Shown: in pieces, positions 20,750 through 30,830 of the stretch
Position numbering within the stretch: the first letter of the stretch is position 1
Layout: every line of letters starts with the position of its first letter
Source of the DNA: a phage
Reading direction: 5' to 3' (one strand)
Sequence record: OZ335961.1
DNA length: 64,000 nt
The notes under the pieces: generated by a model
The model's database searches: none
The model's input: the letters and a program-made list of their open reading frames with translations, nothing else
What the model was told of the DNA's origin: nothing
Program-made: the position numbers and the translations under genes

Positions 20750-21070
20750 TTATAGCGTAATCCATTCTCGTATTGTCTGAGTTACTACACGTTCACGGGG
20801 CTCAACTAGTTCAACAGTCGGAACTGCATAATACCAGTCAGAATGGTAAGAACCTGAGCGAGATTCATTTACAGACACATGAACGTTATGTTTTGGACTA
20901 AAATAAACGCACTGCCGATATTGGCATTTGCCATCTTGTACCCAATCTTCTATTTCGATAGGTTTAAGATAATCCGAAAAATCGAAATCATAATTTTCTG
21001 AAAATGCATCATGGTCTTCGATGATTTCACTCAGAACTGCATCAACATCTAATTTATTTTCAATAGTCAT
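20750..21070 (-). CDS. Hypothetical protein
   Basis: 106 aa tiled ORF. Confidence 0.5.
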   Translation of the reverse strand: MTIENKLDVDAVLSEIIEDHDAFSENYDFDFSDYLKPIEIEDWVQDGKCQYRQCVYFSPKHNVHVSVNESRSGSYHSDWYYAVPTVELVEPRERVVTQTIREWITL

Positions 21071-21375
21071 TTGTCACACCACCAATTCGATACTTCAAAA
21101 TCAGGTTCACCGTTTTCCCAATACCAAGGACCTACCGGATGCCAATCACCATGCTCATCTTCTTCAAATTCTTCAGATTCAAGCCCAACATATTGCCATT
21201 GGACTTCATAAGCGGTATCACCGATTACAACCGTGTTCTCACCATACGGATTAGCCACAACAAAGTCAATACCTTCTGCTTTAGCCAACCAAACCATGTA
21301 TTCATAGAGTTTATATTCTAGGTCGTCTTCGGTGCCATCACCTAGAAAAATGGTTTGTTCGTTTAACCCAATCAT
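21067..21375 (-). CDS. Hypothetical acidic protein
   Basis: 102 aa, Asp/Glu/Trp-rich. Confidence 0.5.
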   Translation of the reverse strand: MIGLNEQTIFLGDGTEDDLEYKLYEYMVWLAKAEGIDFVVANPYGENTVVIGDTAYEVQWQYVGLESEEFEEDEHGDWHPVGPWYWENGEPDFEVSNWWCDK

Positions 21376-21560
21376 AATTCCACCATAAATTCAAATAACT
21401 GGTCGCGTACACAAGTATCAGTCCAACCCCATTCGTTGGCTTCTTCTTTTAACCAATCCGGGAGATTTGCTAATACGGTTTCTTTACTAGGGGCAGGAGT
21501 ATCAAACTCTCTCGCCAACTCTCTTGCGCAGGTTTTATAGGCCATATCAAATTCAGTCAT
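21372..21560 (-). CDS. Hypothetical protein
   Basis: 62 aa, stop/start coupled. Confidence 0.45.
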   Translation of the reverse strand: MTEFDMAYKTCARELAREFDTPAPSKETVLANLPDWLKEEANEWGWTDTCVRDQLFEFMVEL

Positions 21561-21820
21561 TTGAAATATGCTCGCAGTTCGTCAAAGCCGCCAATAGAAG
21601 TTCCATCAGGAGCAAATACCTGAGGCATGGTCAAACCAATTTGAGTATCACGACCTAGTTTCGTCAGAAGCTCAGCGATTTTCTCATCATCAAAAACACC
21701 TTTTTCCGGCATAATGTTGATAAATTCAAACGGCTGTTTCTTCACAGTCAAAAGACGTTTTGCATTATCGCAATATACACATTTATGGATGTTGCTATCA
21801 TAACCATATACTTTAAACAT
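21557..21820 (-). CDS. nrdC: NrdC thioredoxin/glutaredoxin
   Basis: 87 aa, CVYC active site, near-identical to T4 NrdC as recalled. Confidence 0.9.
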   Translation of the reverse strand: MFKVYGYDSNIHKCVYCDNAKRLLTVKKQPFEFINIMPEKGVFDDEKIAELLTKLGRDTQIGLTMPQVFAPDGTSIGGFDELRAYFK

Positions 21821-21821
21821 A

Positions 21822-22079
21822 TTATTCCTTAATTCCTAGTACTTGTTTAAAAGTCTCGTCGTAATCAAGACTTTGGCCCGTTTGTTCTTTATGTTTGTAT
21901 ATAATATCACTTACTTCTGATAGCATATTTTTATATGAACGAGTTAAAGCAGATTTAAGCACGCTGTATCTATCAGGAAATTTACCATGTTCATTATAAT
22001 ACGCTATTGCTAATTCACGGACTGCCTTTTCAGCAATCTCCATATATTCTTTACGCTTGGTCATTTTCTTCTCGGTCAA
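21822..22079 (-). CDS. Hypothetical protein
   Basis: 85 aa tiled ORF. Confidence 0.5.
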   Translation of the reverse strand: MTEKKMTKRKEYMEIAEKAVRELAIAYYNEHGKFPDRYSVLKSALTRSYKNMLSEVSDIIYKHKEQTGQSLDYDETFKQVLGIKE

Positions 22080-22368
22080 ATCGGTGTTTGCAATGACGAC
22101 ATTTATAACGAAGATTACTAGTCTGCCAATGGACTAATTGAACCTGTTCAGTACCGCATTCAGGACAATTAGGAACGTTTTTAGAAGCCCTTTCGCGACG
22201 TTCAACCATAGCCATAATGGCATCCCAAGCTGGAGGTTTAAAGTCTAAATCATCACAATCATGAATCTTTCCACGCATTTCCAGATCGTCTTCTTCACCA
22301 TCCATAATAATTTTAATTAGACTGGAATTACTTGAAGCTGCGATATCTTCTAATAGACGCTTTTTCAT
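22051..22368 (-). CDS. Zinc-ribbon protein
   Basis: 105 aa; two CxxC pairs (CPECG ... CRHCKH). Confidence 0.5.
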   Translation of the reverse strand: MKKRLLEDIAASSNSSLIKIIMDGEEDDLEMRGKIHDCDDLDFKPPAWDAIMAMVERRERASKNVPNCPECGTEQVQLVHWQTSNLRYKCRHCKHRFDREENDQA

Positions 22369-23294
22369 TTTAATACCTCAATAGCATTACGTAAACCATT
22401 TGCTTTTGCATTAAGAGCTTTTAACAATTTGGTGTGTTCGTCAATCTGGGCTTCAACTTCAATTAAGCGAGCATTGAGATATTCACGTTCTTCGCTCAAG
22501 TTATCAATCTTTTCTACTTTAGGCTCTTTTACAACTGTCTTATATGTATTAGGGTTCTTCAGTTTAATTAGAATGCGTGAACTGTATAACATTGAACCAT
22601 TATCTTCGGTTTCGTCATACATTTCTACTACGTCCATGATTTTTAACATCATGCGGAGTTTATAAGACAACGAACGAATAGTTTTGTTGTGCTTATTAAT
22701 TTCTCTAGAGTTCATGGTGCCGAGATTACGTGAGTAATAATAAGGAACCTGGATATTAATTAACACTGATGAACCACCTGGCTTATGTGTTACTTCATCA
22801 GCAATAACCCAGTCCTTAACATGAACTGTATTTGTACGGTCATCACCAGCGGTAAATAGTTTGCGAGCATGCTTAAAAAGCATATTCACTTGGGTATTGA
22901 ATTGACAAGCAAATTTATCAGCAAATTTAGTTTCAGGAATGGTAGATAACCAATCAGCCAAATGGGTCTTTTTAACATCGTTAACAATAGTAAATTCAAC
23001 CAAATCGGTTATAGATGTCGTAGATTTAATGAAGCTCGGCTTCATAAAGTTTTTAATGTTATCGCGAGCTACAGTAGAAGATAACATACGAGAACGTTTA
23101 AACCATTCAAGCAAATTGCCTAACGAATGAGAATAAGCGTTTTGAGTATCTTTACAGATATGATTTTCCTGACCAACATATTGAAGGAAATCACGAAGAA
23201 TATTATTGATTACTGCTCTGTGTCCGATCTGATAATTACGGTGTTTAGTAATAAGACTATCAAAATAATCAATATAATGTTTACGAGTTTTCAT
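22365..23294 (-). CDS. Paralogous family member A with C-terminal coiled coil
   Basis: 309 aa; shared motif with neighbours (QVNMLFKHARKLF); heptad-rich C-terminus. Confidence 0.6.
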   Translation of the reverse strand: MKTRKHYIDYFDSLITKHRNYQIGHRAVINNILRDFLQYVGQENHICKDTQNAYSHSLGNLLEWFKRSRMLSSTVARDNIKNFMKPSFIKSTTSITDLVEFTIVNDVKKTHLADWLSTIPETKFADKFACQFNTQVNMLFKHARKLFTAGDDRTNTVHVKDWVIADEVTHKPGGSSVLINIQVPYYYSRNLGTMNSREINKHNKTIRSLSYKLRMMLKIMDVVEMYDETEDNGSMLYSSRILIKLKNPNTYKTVVKEPKVEKIDNLSEEREYLNARLIEVEAQIDEHTKLLKALNAKANGLRNAIEVLK

Positions 23295-23346
23295 GTTCTT
23301 CTCACTTGGTTAATGATTTATACTCCGAGCCATCCTTGGCTTTAAA

Positions 23347-24348
23347 TTACTTAATTAACTGTAAAGCTTGTTCCAAACGGTCAAGACGATTAACAGATTC
23401 TTCCCAAATCCTTTTAGCCTGCTCATAATCTTTCTGCGCTTTATTAGAAATTTCTAGAGCTTCTTTATAAGCTTTTTCTAATGCAATAACTTCTGGACGA
23501 ATTTCTACCGGTTCAGGTGAATCATCAAGACATTCCATTAGTTCCTCAAGGGTAGTTTCTTCTTTAGGAGTATTCACAATTTCATCACATTTTTGTTGGT
23601 AAATTTCTTTATCAGTCGGTGAGTACGCACACTTTACTTCACGGAGACTAACTACAATTTTATATCCTTCCCAACCGCATATATTCTTAAAAGGATAAGT
23701 ATAAATATTTTCTACTGTTTCCATACAAAGTAATGCGGTCTCTAACTGACGAGTTATATCGCTAGCAATTGAGAAAAATTTATTAATGTTCTTTTGATTA
23801 GCTTCTGGTGTAAAAAATTCATAATTCACAAAAATAGCTGCTTTATTTTTATCAAGCTCATATTCTTTTATGATAATCATATCAGAAGCCCAAGGATGAA
23901 TTTGACGATAATCACCATAGCATAATTTAGAAGCTGATTTTAGAAGTTGCTTCTTGAAAAGTCTGAAATTACTAATCCAACGACGAGTAAAAATATTCTC
24001 AGGGTCTTCTTTATTATTAAGATGATAAGAATTAACATCACCGAACCAATTATATCCTACTACATCTTTAGTTCGTTTAATTTCTTTCCCAAATTTACTA
24101 AGAATATCTCTGTTGACTAAGTATGAAAGAAGACGAGAACCTTTAAAGGTTTCCTTAATATCATCTTTATATTCGCAACTAGAAATTTTATGAACTTCAT
24201 GAATAAATTTGCCGGAAGAAACAATACTTGCATCAGTATTGTTGAGCCACTGATTGATAATAGAAAGAACACTATTCTGACTAGACATAGATTTAACTTT
24301 ATCATCAATAACGCTATTGAATGATTTGATATATTCGTTACGAGTCAT
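23347..24348 (-). CDS. Paralogous family member B with C-terminal coiled coil
   Basis: ATG 24348 with GAGGAG SD (ORF-track start 24378 less likely); motif RRWISNFRLFKKQLLKSASKL. Confidence 0.6.
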   Translation of the reverse strand: MTRNEYIKSFNSVIDDKVKSMSSQNSVLSIINQWLNNTDASIVSSGKFIHEVHKISSCEYKDDIKETFKGSRLLSYLVNRDILSKFGKEIKRTKDVVGYNWFGDVNSYHLNNKEDPENIFTRRWISNFRLFKKQLLKSASKLCYGDYRQIHPWASDMIIIKEYELDKNKAAIFVNYEFFTPEANQKNINKFFSIASDITRQLETALLCMETVENIYTYPFKNICGWEGYKIVVSLREVKCAYSPTDKEIYQQKCDEIVNTPKEETTLEELMECLDDSPEPVEIRPEVIALEKAYKEALEISNKAQKDYEQAKRIWEESVNRLDRLEQALQLIK

Positions 24349-24405
24349 ATTAATCTCCTCAGTAGAAAGTAAGAACATTATACCACATCCTTGTGGCGAA
24401 GTAAA

Positions 24406-25434
24406 CTAGTTTAGTGCATTTAGTGCATTGCTCAGTTTAGAACGTTGCTTCGTAAGATTTTTGACTTTTTCTTGAGCTTTTTCTAGCATCTTTTCAGCTT
24501 CTAACACTTCATTAGTTGCTTTAACGAGTTCATCATCTACTGCCTTGATAGACTTCTCAATCGCATCCGCGTGCCATTTTTCAACAGGTTTAAGACTCGG
24601 ATTTTCAACAGGAAGAAAATTCACTTTATTGAATTTCCATGCATCCTCATTACCTGAGCTATACATCCAAAATTTAGGATCGTTTGATGAGCAATTGGAT
24701 AAATTTAAGTTATAGTTATCTTGTACTTCCTGTTTTTTCTCTTGCGGGATTTCGTCCTTTCTCAAAAAATCATATTTAAATGAAACGATCATATCAAGTT
24801 CATATGTTGTTGTGTCTAATTTAAATCGCTCAAAACGGGGTAAAATCTTAGACTGAACAGCGGCAACAACATCCATATACTTAAATGCTTCTGTCAACTG
24901 CGATTTAAGGCATTCGCAAATTGAAAGAGAATTTTTTGTATTAGGTTTAAAGCTAATTCGTGCAGTTCTGTTATTTTCTTTTAATGGTCTTACTTCCATC
25001 TGAAGAGTATAACCATCAAATTTCAGGTTCTTTAAATTAATGTCAGAACCTTTTAATCGACTAGCCGTCGACAAAATTTGCTTTAATTGTTTACGGAATA
25101 GAGCAATAAATCTCCATTCAATACGATAATGATTTGGATTGAAAAATCCAGATGATAAATCGACCTTACTTTGACCAACGCCTTGAACAAATAGAGGATT
25201 TTTATAATCAATAGTTTTACAGAAATCGGTGAGCTGCTCACGAGCCGTCATTTGTGTAATATACCCCGCTTTACTAAAATTACTCACCCATTCACTGCTA
25301 TTTAGATATTTAAAGTGATGAATAGCACGATTAACTTTATCAGGGTCTAAATTATTTTCACACAAAAATGTCATAACATTACGAGTATCGCTGGCAATAC
25401 GAACCATATCTTCAATTTGAGAACGAGTTTTCAT
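24406..25434 (-). CDS. Paralogous family member C with C-terminal coiled coil
   Basis: 342 aa; motif RIEWRFIALFRKQLKQILSTASRL; SD AAGGAA. Confidence 0.6.
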   Translation of the reverse strand: MKTRSQIEDMVRIASDTRNVMTFLCENNLDPDKVNRAIHHFKYLNSSEWVSNFSKAGYITQMTAREQLTDFCKTIDYKNPLFVQGVGQSKVDLSSGFFNPNHYRIEWRFIALFRKQLKQILSTASRLKGSDINLKNLKFDGYTLQMEVRPLKENNRTARISFKPNTKNSLSICECLKSQLTEAFKYMDVVAAVQSKILPRFERFKLDTTTYELDMIVSFKYDFLRKDEIPQEKKQEVQDNYNLNLSNCSSNDPKFWMYSSGNEDAWKFNKVNFLPVENPSLKPVEKWHADAIEKSIKAVDDELVKATNEVLEAEKMLEKAQEKVKNLTKQRSKLSNALNALN

Positions 25435-25442
25435 GGTGTTCC

Positions 25443-26333
25443 TTAAGATTTAAGTAAATCAACAATTTTAATTAACTTTTCACGCTCGGATTTAGCTTTA
25501 CTACTCAATCCAGATAGTCTGAAAATTTCATCATCATATTGTTGAATAGAAATATTCAGCTCTTCAATCTGTTTATTAAAATAATCAATTTGTTCAGAAT
25601 GTTTTTCGTTACTACGAACTGGTACAGGTTTCGTAGGCAATGTAGTTGAACTGGATTCATCCGGGCGGTAAATTAAAATACAACTTGAACCAATAGGGCA
25701 TTTTGCACCAGATGAATATTCTAATGTTCCAGATTCTTTTAAAACTTCAAAAGCTAAACAGAGATGATGCCCCATATTAATATAATCTGTAGAGCGAGCT
25801 CTGATGTAATAATCATCGCCACGAATACTAAATTTAAAGCATTTAAGGTCTTCTGTATTATTGGTCTTAAAAATCATTTGTTTATCTAGACCTTTAGCTA
25901 ATCGAGCGCCCAATGCTAATAATCGTCGTTGATTTTCCCACAAATCCGCAATCATTTGATCGAATGATAATTTCGGCATTAGTCGACCGTAAAGGTCATA
26001 TCCTTTATTATAATTACGAAGGATTTCACTCGCGTTAATACGAGACAATGCTCCAATTTTATTAAGGGCTTTCATAATGCGATTAGATAAACTCATTCCA
26101 GACCCGTTTGTTCGCTGCAAATGTTTTTCTAATCCAAATCCAATATCAACTTTAAACTTATCTAAAATTTCTGCATGAACATCTCTGTCAATAACATTCA
26201 AATCCAAAGTTGGGTTAAATCTATGAAAAAATTTATCTGGCTCTCCACGGCGAAATACAGTCCATTCATTCATCATTTTTTTATTAACTAAAGATTTAAT
26301 TACTGCATTGACATTATTAATTACTACTGACAT
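25443..26333 (-). CDS. Paralogous family member D with C-terminal coiled coil
   Basis: ATG 26333 with GAGGAA SD; motif LWENQRRLLALGARL. Confidence 0.6.
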   Translation of the reverse strand: MSVVINNVNAVIKSLVNKKMMNEWTVFRRGEPDKFFHRFNPTLDLNVIDRDVHAEILDKFKVDIGFGLEKHLQRTNGSGMSLSNRIMKALNKIGALSRINASEILRNYNKGYDLYGRLMPKLSFDQMIADLWENQRRLLALGARLAKGLDKQMIFKTNNTEDLKCFKFSIRGDDYYIRARSTDYINMGHHLCLAFEVLKESGTLEYSSGAKCPIGSSCILIYRPDESSSTTLPTKPVPVRSNEKHSEQIDYFNKQIEELNISIQQYDDEIFRLSGLSSKAKSEREKLIKIVDLLKS

Positions 26334-26340
26334 ATTTTCC

Positions 26341-26748
26341 TCACTCAATTTCAATTTTACTAAATATACAGAATAAGATGGAACAGACTATATAAGCACC
26401 ACACACAGATTGAACTAATACCATTCCAAAGAACCAAACAATATTATCAAACAATGTCTGTTTTACGTCGAAAGGACGTAAACTTACAGTAATATTATCA
26501 CCTTTTTCTATTGAAGAATACATCTCTGGGGAAATATATTCACTAAATCTATAACCGTCTTTGAGTTCATATACGGCAATAAACGATAAACTAGACCCTT
26601 TTCCTTGCGTTCCTGTAATGGTATTAACTACAGTAACATCATAATCTTTATAATGCATATAATCATTAATTGCGTAATAACCATATGCAACTACTACACA
26701 TAAACAACATATCAATAAATTCAATCTTCTAATTATCAACCGTTTCAT
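26341..26748 (-). CDS. Membrane protein
   Basis: 135 aa, N- and C-terminal hydrophobic helices. Confidence 0.5.
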   Translation of the reverse strand: MKRLIIRRLNLLICCLCVVVAYGYYAINDYMHYKDYDVTVVNTITGTQGKGSSLSFIAVYELKDGYRFSEYISPEMYSSIEKGDNITVSLRPFDVKQTLFDNIVWFFGMVLVQSVCGAYIVCSILFCIFSKIEIE

Positions 26749-26803
26749 AATAATCTCAATTAAAAGGGCTTAGAACCATTATACCATCCTTGGTATAAAG
26801 CGG

Positions 26804-27331
26804 TTATGCGAGTACCGTCTTTAACCGTTCTTCAAACTTCCGAAGAGTATTTTGGCGTTCAGCTCTTTGCTTTTTGTAAGTTTCAATACGCTCTGAAATG
26901 AGAGTGTATCGTTCATTTACTGATTCTTTCATAAAATCAGGAATTTCACGAGAAGCTTTAATCTCGTCAAATTTATCAATAACAGCTTGCTCTTCAGCAA
27001 TTAAGTTATCATACATTAAAATATCTTTCTTGATGAACTCAATATCTTCTTGAGTTACACGAGATAATTTAGATGCTTTATCCTTTTTGTACTGTTCATT
27101 AGTATCACGAGACCAGTGTAATGTACGATTTTTATTCGTATTTTTGTAAATTTCTACAATACCAATCTCATCAATAATAACGATCCAATTCCAACGGGAT
27201 TTGTAAATTTGTCCTCCATCAACAGTGATTTCACCTCCGATTGAGATGTCGTTAAAGAACTTGCTTTGTGCTTCAGATTTAAATTTACCATCGTTGTAAT
27301 TTACCAAGTTGAAAATATCTTTAGCGTTCAT
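26804..27331 (-). CDS. Hypothetical protein with C-terminal coiled coil
   Basis: 175 aa; early promoter copy upstream. Confidence 0.55.
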   Translation of the reverse strand: MNAKDIFNLVNYNDGKFKSEAQSKFFNDISIGGEITVDGGQIYKSRWNWIVIIDEIGIVEIYKNTNKNRTLHWSRDTNEQYKKDKASKLSRVTQEDIEFIKKDILMYDNLIAEEQAVIDKFDEIKASREIPDFMKESVNERYTLISERIETYKKQRAERQNTLRKFEERLKTVLA

Positions 27332-27356
27332 TTTGTGTTCCTCCGTAGTTGATAGT

Positions 27357-27390
27357 TGTATAGTACCACAGAGGAACAGTCTTGTAAACC
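27357..27390 (-). promoter_or_regulatory. T4-type early promoter
   Basis: Conserved element: GTTTACA then 17 nt then TGGTACTAT then ACAACTATCAACT. Confidence 0.55.
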
Positions 27391-27391
27391 A

Positions 27392-27706
27392 CTAAAAGAA
27401 ACTTCTTTCACAATTTTTTCCACTGAACCAAGCGCTCACTGCTTTCTTAGTCTCAGGAGCAGTGTTATCCATAAACCATTCAAAGGCAGCCTTTTTGTGA
27501 TTCTGGAGGGCTTCTCGGGCTTTAATCTGCTCACGGTCTATTAACACTAACATATGAGCCTTTCTTGTCACCATGGGCTTCTTATGATTTTTTGAATACT
27601 CCCAGTCATTTGTCCATCGCATTGTCGTTGCGAACTGAAATACAGCTTCTTTAATCTTAGTTTCGTAAATTTCACGAGCCTTTGAGTATAACATCACTAC
27701 CTCCAT
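27392..27706 (-). CDS. Hypothetical protein
   Basis: 104 aa tiled ORF. Confidence 0.5.
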   Translation of the reverse strand: MEVVMLYSKAREIYETKIKEAVFQFATTMRWTNDWEYSKNHKKPMVTRKAHMLVLIDREQIKAREALQNHKKAAFEWFMDNTAPETKKAVSAWFSGKNCERSFF

Positions 27707-27794
27707 TCACCAGTTTAATTCTAGTCATCTTTTTAACGGCAGTCCATATAATCTATTTCTGAACTGCCTTTTGTCATAGAAGTCCTCTTATGAA

Positions 27795-28781
27795 TTATTT
27801 CAGAAGAGTAACCTCAGCGATTTCTTCCCAACCGTTTTTGTCGGTCATAATAAAGTCAGCAAGATAAAGAGCAGTACGCAGTGAAACATTGCGTAAACGA
27901 TTAACATTAACTTTCATCCATGATAATGCTTTATAAGTTTCTTCATCAGAAAGACCGCGCTTTTGCATCATGTCAGTTGAAAGAATAACATCTTCAACCC
28001 TGACCATAATTTCTTCATTAGTGTGAACACCCAAATCCAAATAAACCGAGCGGGACACTAATGCTTGTAAATGTGGAGCAAGTTTAGTACCACGGTCTAA
28101 TTCGCGGTCAATGTCAACGTTTGTGATAAAAACAATCGTTCCTTTAAATTCAAACTCACGCTCAATGCCTTTTTCTTCTAAGTAAGAAGACGCAGTACTC
28201 CAGCAGACTTTACGGGTCTCTCCAGTGTCCAGAGCGGCTTTTAGAAGATTAAGAATATCCATATCAGAGAAAACATCCACATCATCAATCAAAAGGACAG
28301 AATTCTCTTCACGATTATTCCAAAGCTGCTCATAAAGACCAATACCAGAGATTTTACCATTAATGCTTTTATATTCAATGTATCCAATATCATTTGCTTT
28401 ATTCAAAGCTTTATCTAAAGAATACGTTTTACCAATACCTGCAGCGCCAGAGATAATCAATGAACGAATATTTCCATTAATAATACCATTCGTCATCATT
28501 CCCATAACATTAAATCTTTTATTAATGCGGGTTTTCATATCTTCATACGATTCTTTAACTTCTTCAACTTTTACACCATCATATGAAATATCTGATTTGT
28601 AAACCCAAACACCGCGACGTTTACCGTCAATTTCAACAAAAACTTTACCATCTCCTTGTGCATCTACCGGAGCATTATCTGGGAACCATTCGCCTAAGAG
28701 CTCAAAAGTTCCAGAGATTTCTTTACCGAAGTAGATACCCTTATTGATAGTTACAGTTTTCATTTTATTCTCCAATTTCAC
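27795..28781 (-). CDS. AAA+/P-loop ATPase
   Basis: Walker A GAAGIGKT, Walker B LLIDDVD; GTG start in ORF track, ATG alternative at 28763. Confidence 0.7.
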   Translation of the reverse strand: MKLENKMKTVTINKGIYFGKEISGTFELLGEWFPDNAPVDAQGDGKVFVEIDGKRRGVWVYKSDISYDGVKVEEVKESYEDMKTRINKRFNVMGMMTNGIINGNIRSLIISGAAGIGKTYSLDKALNKANDIGYIEYKSINGKISGIGLYEQLWNNREENSVLLIDDVDVFSDMDILNLLKAALDTGETRKVCWSTASSYLEEKGIEREFEFKGTIVFITNVDIDRELDRGTKLAPHLQALVSRSVYLDLGVHTNEEIMVRVEDVILSTDMMQKRGLSDEETYKALSWMKVNVNRLRNVSLRTALYLADFIMTDKNGWEEIAEVTLLK

Positions 28782-28832
28782 ATTTGTTTTGATAGGGTAA
28801 TAATATCACACTACTACCCTACTGTAAACAAT

Positions 28833-29096
28833 TTATTTTAATGTTTGCCAAATTTTTACTGCTTCGCGACGAGATACTTCTACAGCTCCAAGTTCTACGG
28901 CTTTTTGGCGTCGGCGAGCATGTAAGTCATAATGTTTAATGCGTTTATCTTGAAACCAAGAACGTTTCATTCCTATTGCTTCTGCCATTTTATGAAGCTC
29001 TTCAATATCTCCATCAGTGAACATATGACAATTTTTAGTTGGATGACCGCGAAGTTTCCATCCATGATTCATTAAAACATCTACGTAAACTGTCAT
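28833..29096 (-). CDS. Small conserved protein (DUF-like)
   Basis: 87 aa; stop/start coupled with upstream small ORF. Confidence 0.5.
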   Translation of the reverse strand: MTVYVDVLMNHGWKLRGHPTKNCHMFTDGDIEELHKMAEAIGMKRSWFQDKRIKHYDLHARRRQKAVELGAVEVSRREAVKIWQTLK

Positions 29097-29242
29097 TGAT
29101 TCTGCTCCAAATATGTTTCTATAATTTTCTGAGCGAGATAAACTGCGTTATCTTCAGTTGCATCTTCTAAGAAATTTTCAAAATAAGCTGAAATTTCTTC
29201 TGTGTCAATCAACTTTTTTACTTCAATTAACGTAGTTTTCAT
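29093..29242 (-). CDS. Small acidic protein (49 aa), not in ORF track
   Basis: ATG 29242 with SD; stop TGA overlaps next ATG; early promoter upstream. Confidence 0.4.
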   Translation of the reverse strand: MKTTLIEVKKLIDTEEISAYFENFLEDATEDNAVYLAQKIIETYLEQNQ

Positions 29243-29271
29243 TTTATTCCCCAAATCCGTATCAGTTGATA

Positions 29272-29307
29272 GTTGTATAGTACCATAAAGCTTTATGCTT
29301 GTAAACC
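29272..29307 (-). promoter_or_regulatory. T4-type early promoter
   Basis: Conserved GTTTACA / TGGTACTAT element. Confidence 0.55.
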
Positions 29308-29336
29308 GTTTTGTGAAAAAATTTTGAAATAAAAAA

Positions 29337-29354
29337 GGGAGCCCGAAGGCTCCC
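29337..29354 (-). other. UUCG tetraloop hairpin
   Basis: GGGAGCCCGAAGGCTCCC. Confidence 0.6.
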
Positions 29355-29356
29355 TA

Positions 29357-30370
29357 TCATTTATAATAACTTCGATGGTTTTCAAGATAAATCCTCTCAA
29401 GGAAGTCATCCCAGAAACCCATGTCTACTTTTTGCTGCATACCGTTCTTAGAAGCTTCAATGGATGCTGCTTCTACTTGATCGACCACATCTTCCAAAAA
29501 CTCTTGAACAGTTTTAAATGGATGTTTACCCAACTTCACGTCGAGAATAAATGGAGCGTCTTGAAGTGGATAGACTAAGTCACCAGTTTTGTAAATTTCC
29601 AATAGTTGGAGTCCACCACGGCAAGCATGACTCAGAGCTTTCCAGTCAATGCCCTCATTCGCTTCAGCCTTACGAGCACGTTCGCCGTATTCAGCATCAA
29701 GTTTATTCAAAGATTGCTTAAGCTCGATAAGAGAAAGCGTTGTTTGATATTTACGACCCAACACAGTGTAGAACGTTTGTGGGCCTGTTTTCTCATGATT
29801 ATGGAATACCCATTCACAGAATTCGTTCTCTGGAAGACGATGCTTAATATCTTCTACCTTAGTTCGACGTTGCTTAATGGAACCGTCTTCTTGATAATCA
29901 ACCCATTGGTCAGGGATTTGACTAACTACTTTCAATACATCACGTAATGCGGCCAAACGAGAACCCTTGACGCCGTATTTAGAAGCTTGCTTGCGAACAT
30001 ATCCTAAATAGGATTTCATGTTAGTCGTATAAAAACGAGAACGATTGTCTTGAATAAACTTCCATACATCAGGCAAATCAGATTTAACCACTAACTCAGG
30101 TGGAGTGTGGAGCATATCCAATGCTACAGTTTCACCATCTGCTGCTAATTTAAAGAAATATTTAAGACTGTATAGTTCATGGTCAATATCATCTTTAGTG
30201 TTTTTAGATGATGTGTTGTTAGTGTTTTTACTCATATGCTCTTTAACATTTCCGATAAGAATATCGCGAGCACGAGGAACAAAAATTTCTTTAAAATCTA
30301 CATCAGATTCTGGAGTAGAAGTTCCATAAAGATGACTACCAAAATAGCTTTTCATTACTGTTTTCATCAT
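29357..30370 (-). CDS. Nucleotidyltransferase-fold protein (pol-beta superfamily)
   Basis: 337 aa; N-terminal motif YFGSHLYGTSTPESDVDF (GS ... DxD). Confidence 0.6.
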   Translation of the reverse strand: MMKTVMKSYFGSHLYGTSTPESDVDFKEIFVPRARDILIGNVKEHMSKNTNNTSSKNTKDDIDHELYSLKYFFKLAADGETVALDMLHTPPELVVKSDLPDVWKFIQDNRSRFYTTNMKSYLGYVRKQASKYGVKGSRLAALRDVLKVVSQIPDQWVDYQEDGSIKQRRTKVEDIKHRLPENEFCEWVFHNHEKTGPQTFYTVLGRKYQTTLSLIELKQSLNKLDAEYGERARKAEANEGIDWKALSHACRGGLQLLEIYKTGDLVYPLQDAPFILDVKLGKHPFKTVQEFLEDVVDQVEAASIEASKNGMQQKVDMGFWDDFLERIYLENHRSYYK

Positions 30371-30828
30371 TCAGCCTTATATTCAATAACAGGACATACT
30401 TTAGCTTTACGTGCTTTTAAAAATTCGACGATAATAGATTTCTTGGGTTGAATAGGAGGTAAACCTTTATACGCCCTATCAATATTTTCTACATGTAAAG
30501 CATAATCCTTTTTCCATTTATAATCTTTATATTTTTCATGCAGTTGTGCAGGAATAACAAATGAACCAATAATAAGTAAAACAAGCAAAATGGCAAGTGT
30601 AAATGCTGATGGAATAAGAGTCCATAAACTACCAAAAATAAGCCATTTCTGTATGATTTCTGCGCAGATAATAGTTAGACCTGTGAGTACAGTACATCCG
30701 AAAAAAGAAACGAAAAATGTAGGGATAACAATAGACCAAAAGTATGCACATAATGTCTTAGGTCGTTTCCATTCGTCGTTAAACATTTTGAATAATTTAT
30801 AATGCCAAGAGTTTTCATTAATAATCAT
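30367..30828 (-). CDS. Multi-pass membrane protein
   Basis: 153 aa, 3-4 predicted TM helices, start overlaps upstream stop. Confidence 0.55.
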   Translation of the reverse strand: MIINENSWHYKLFKMFNDEWKRPKTLCAYFWSIVIPTFFVSFFGCTVLTGLTIICAEIIQKWLIFGSLWTLIPSAFTLAILLVLLIIGSFVIPAQLHEKYKDYKWKKDYALHVENIDRAYKGLPPIQPKKSIIVEFLKARKAKVCPVIEYKAE

Positions 30829-30830
30829 AA

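Noticed and set aside
29357-30828. Complete CBASS operon (CD-NTase plus membrane effector) carried by the phage
   Set aside because: Only a generic nucleotidyltransferase motif is visible and there are no recognisable Cap, SAVED or effector domains; kept as an open hypothesis in findings rather than a call.
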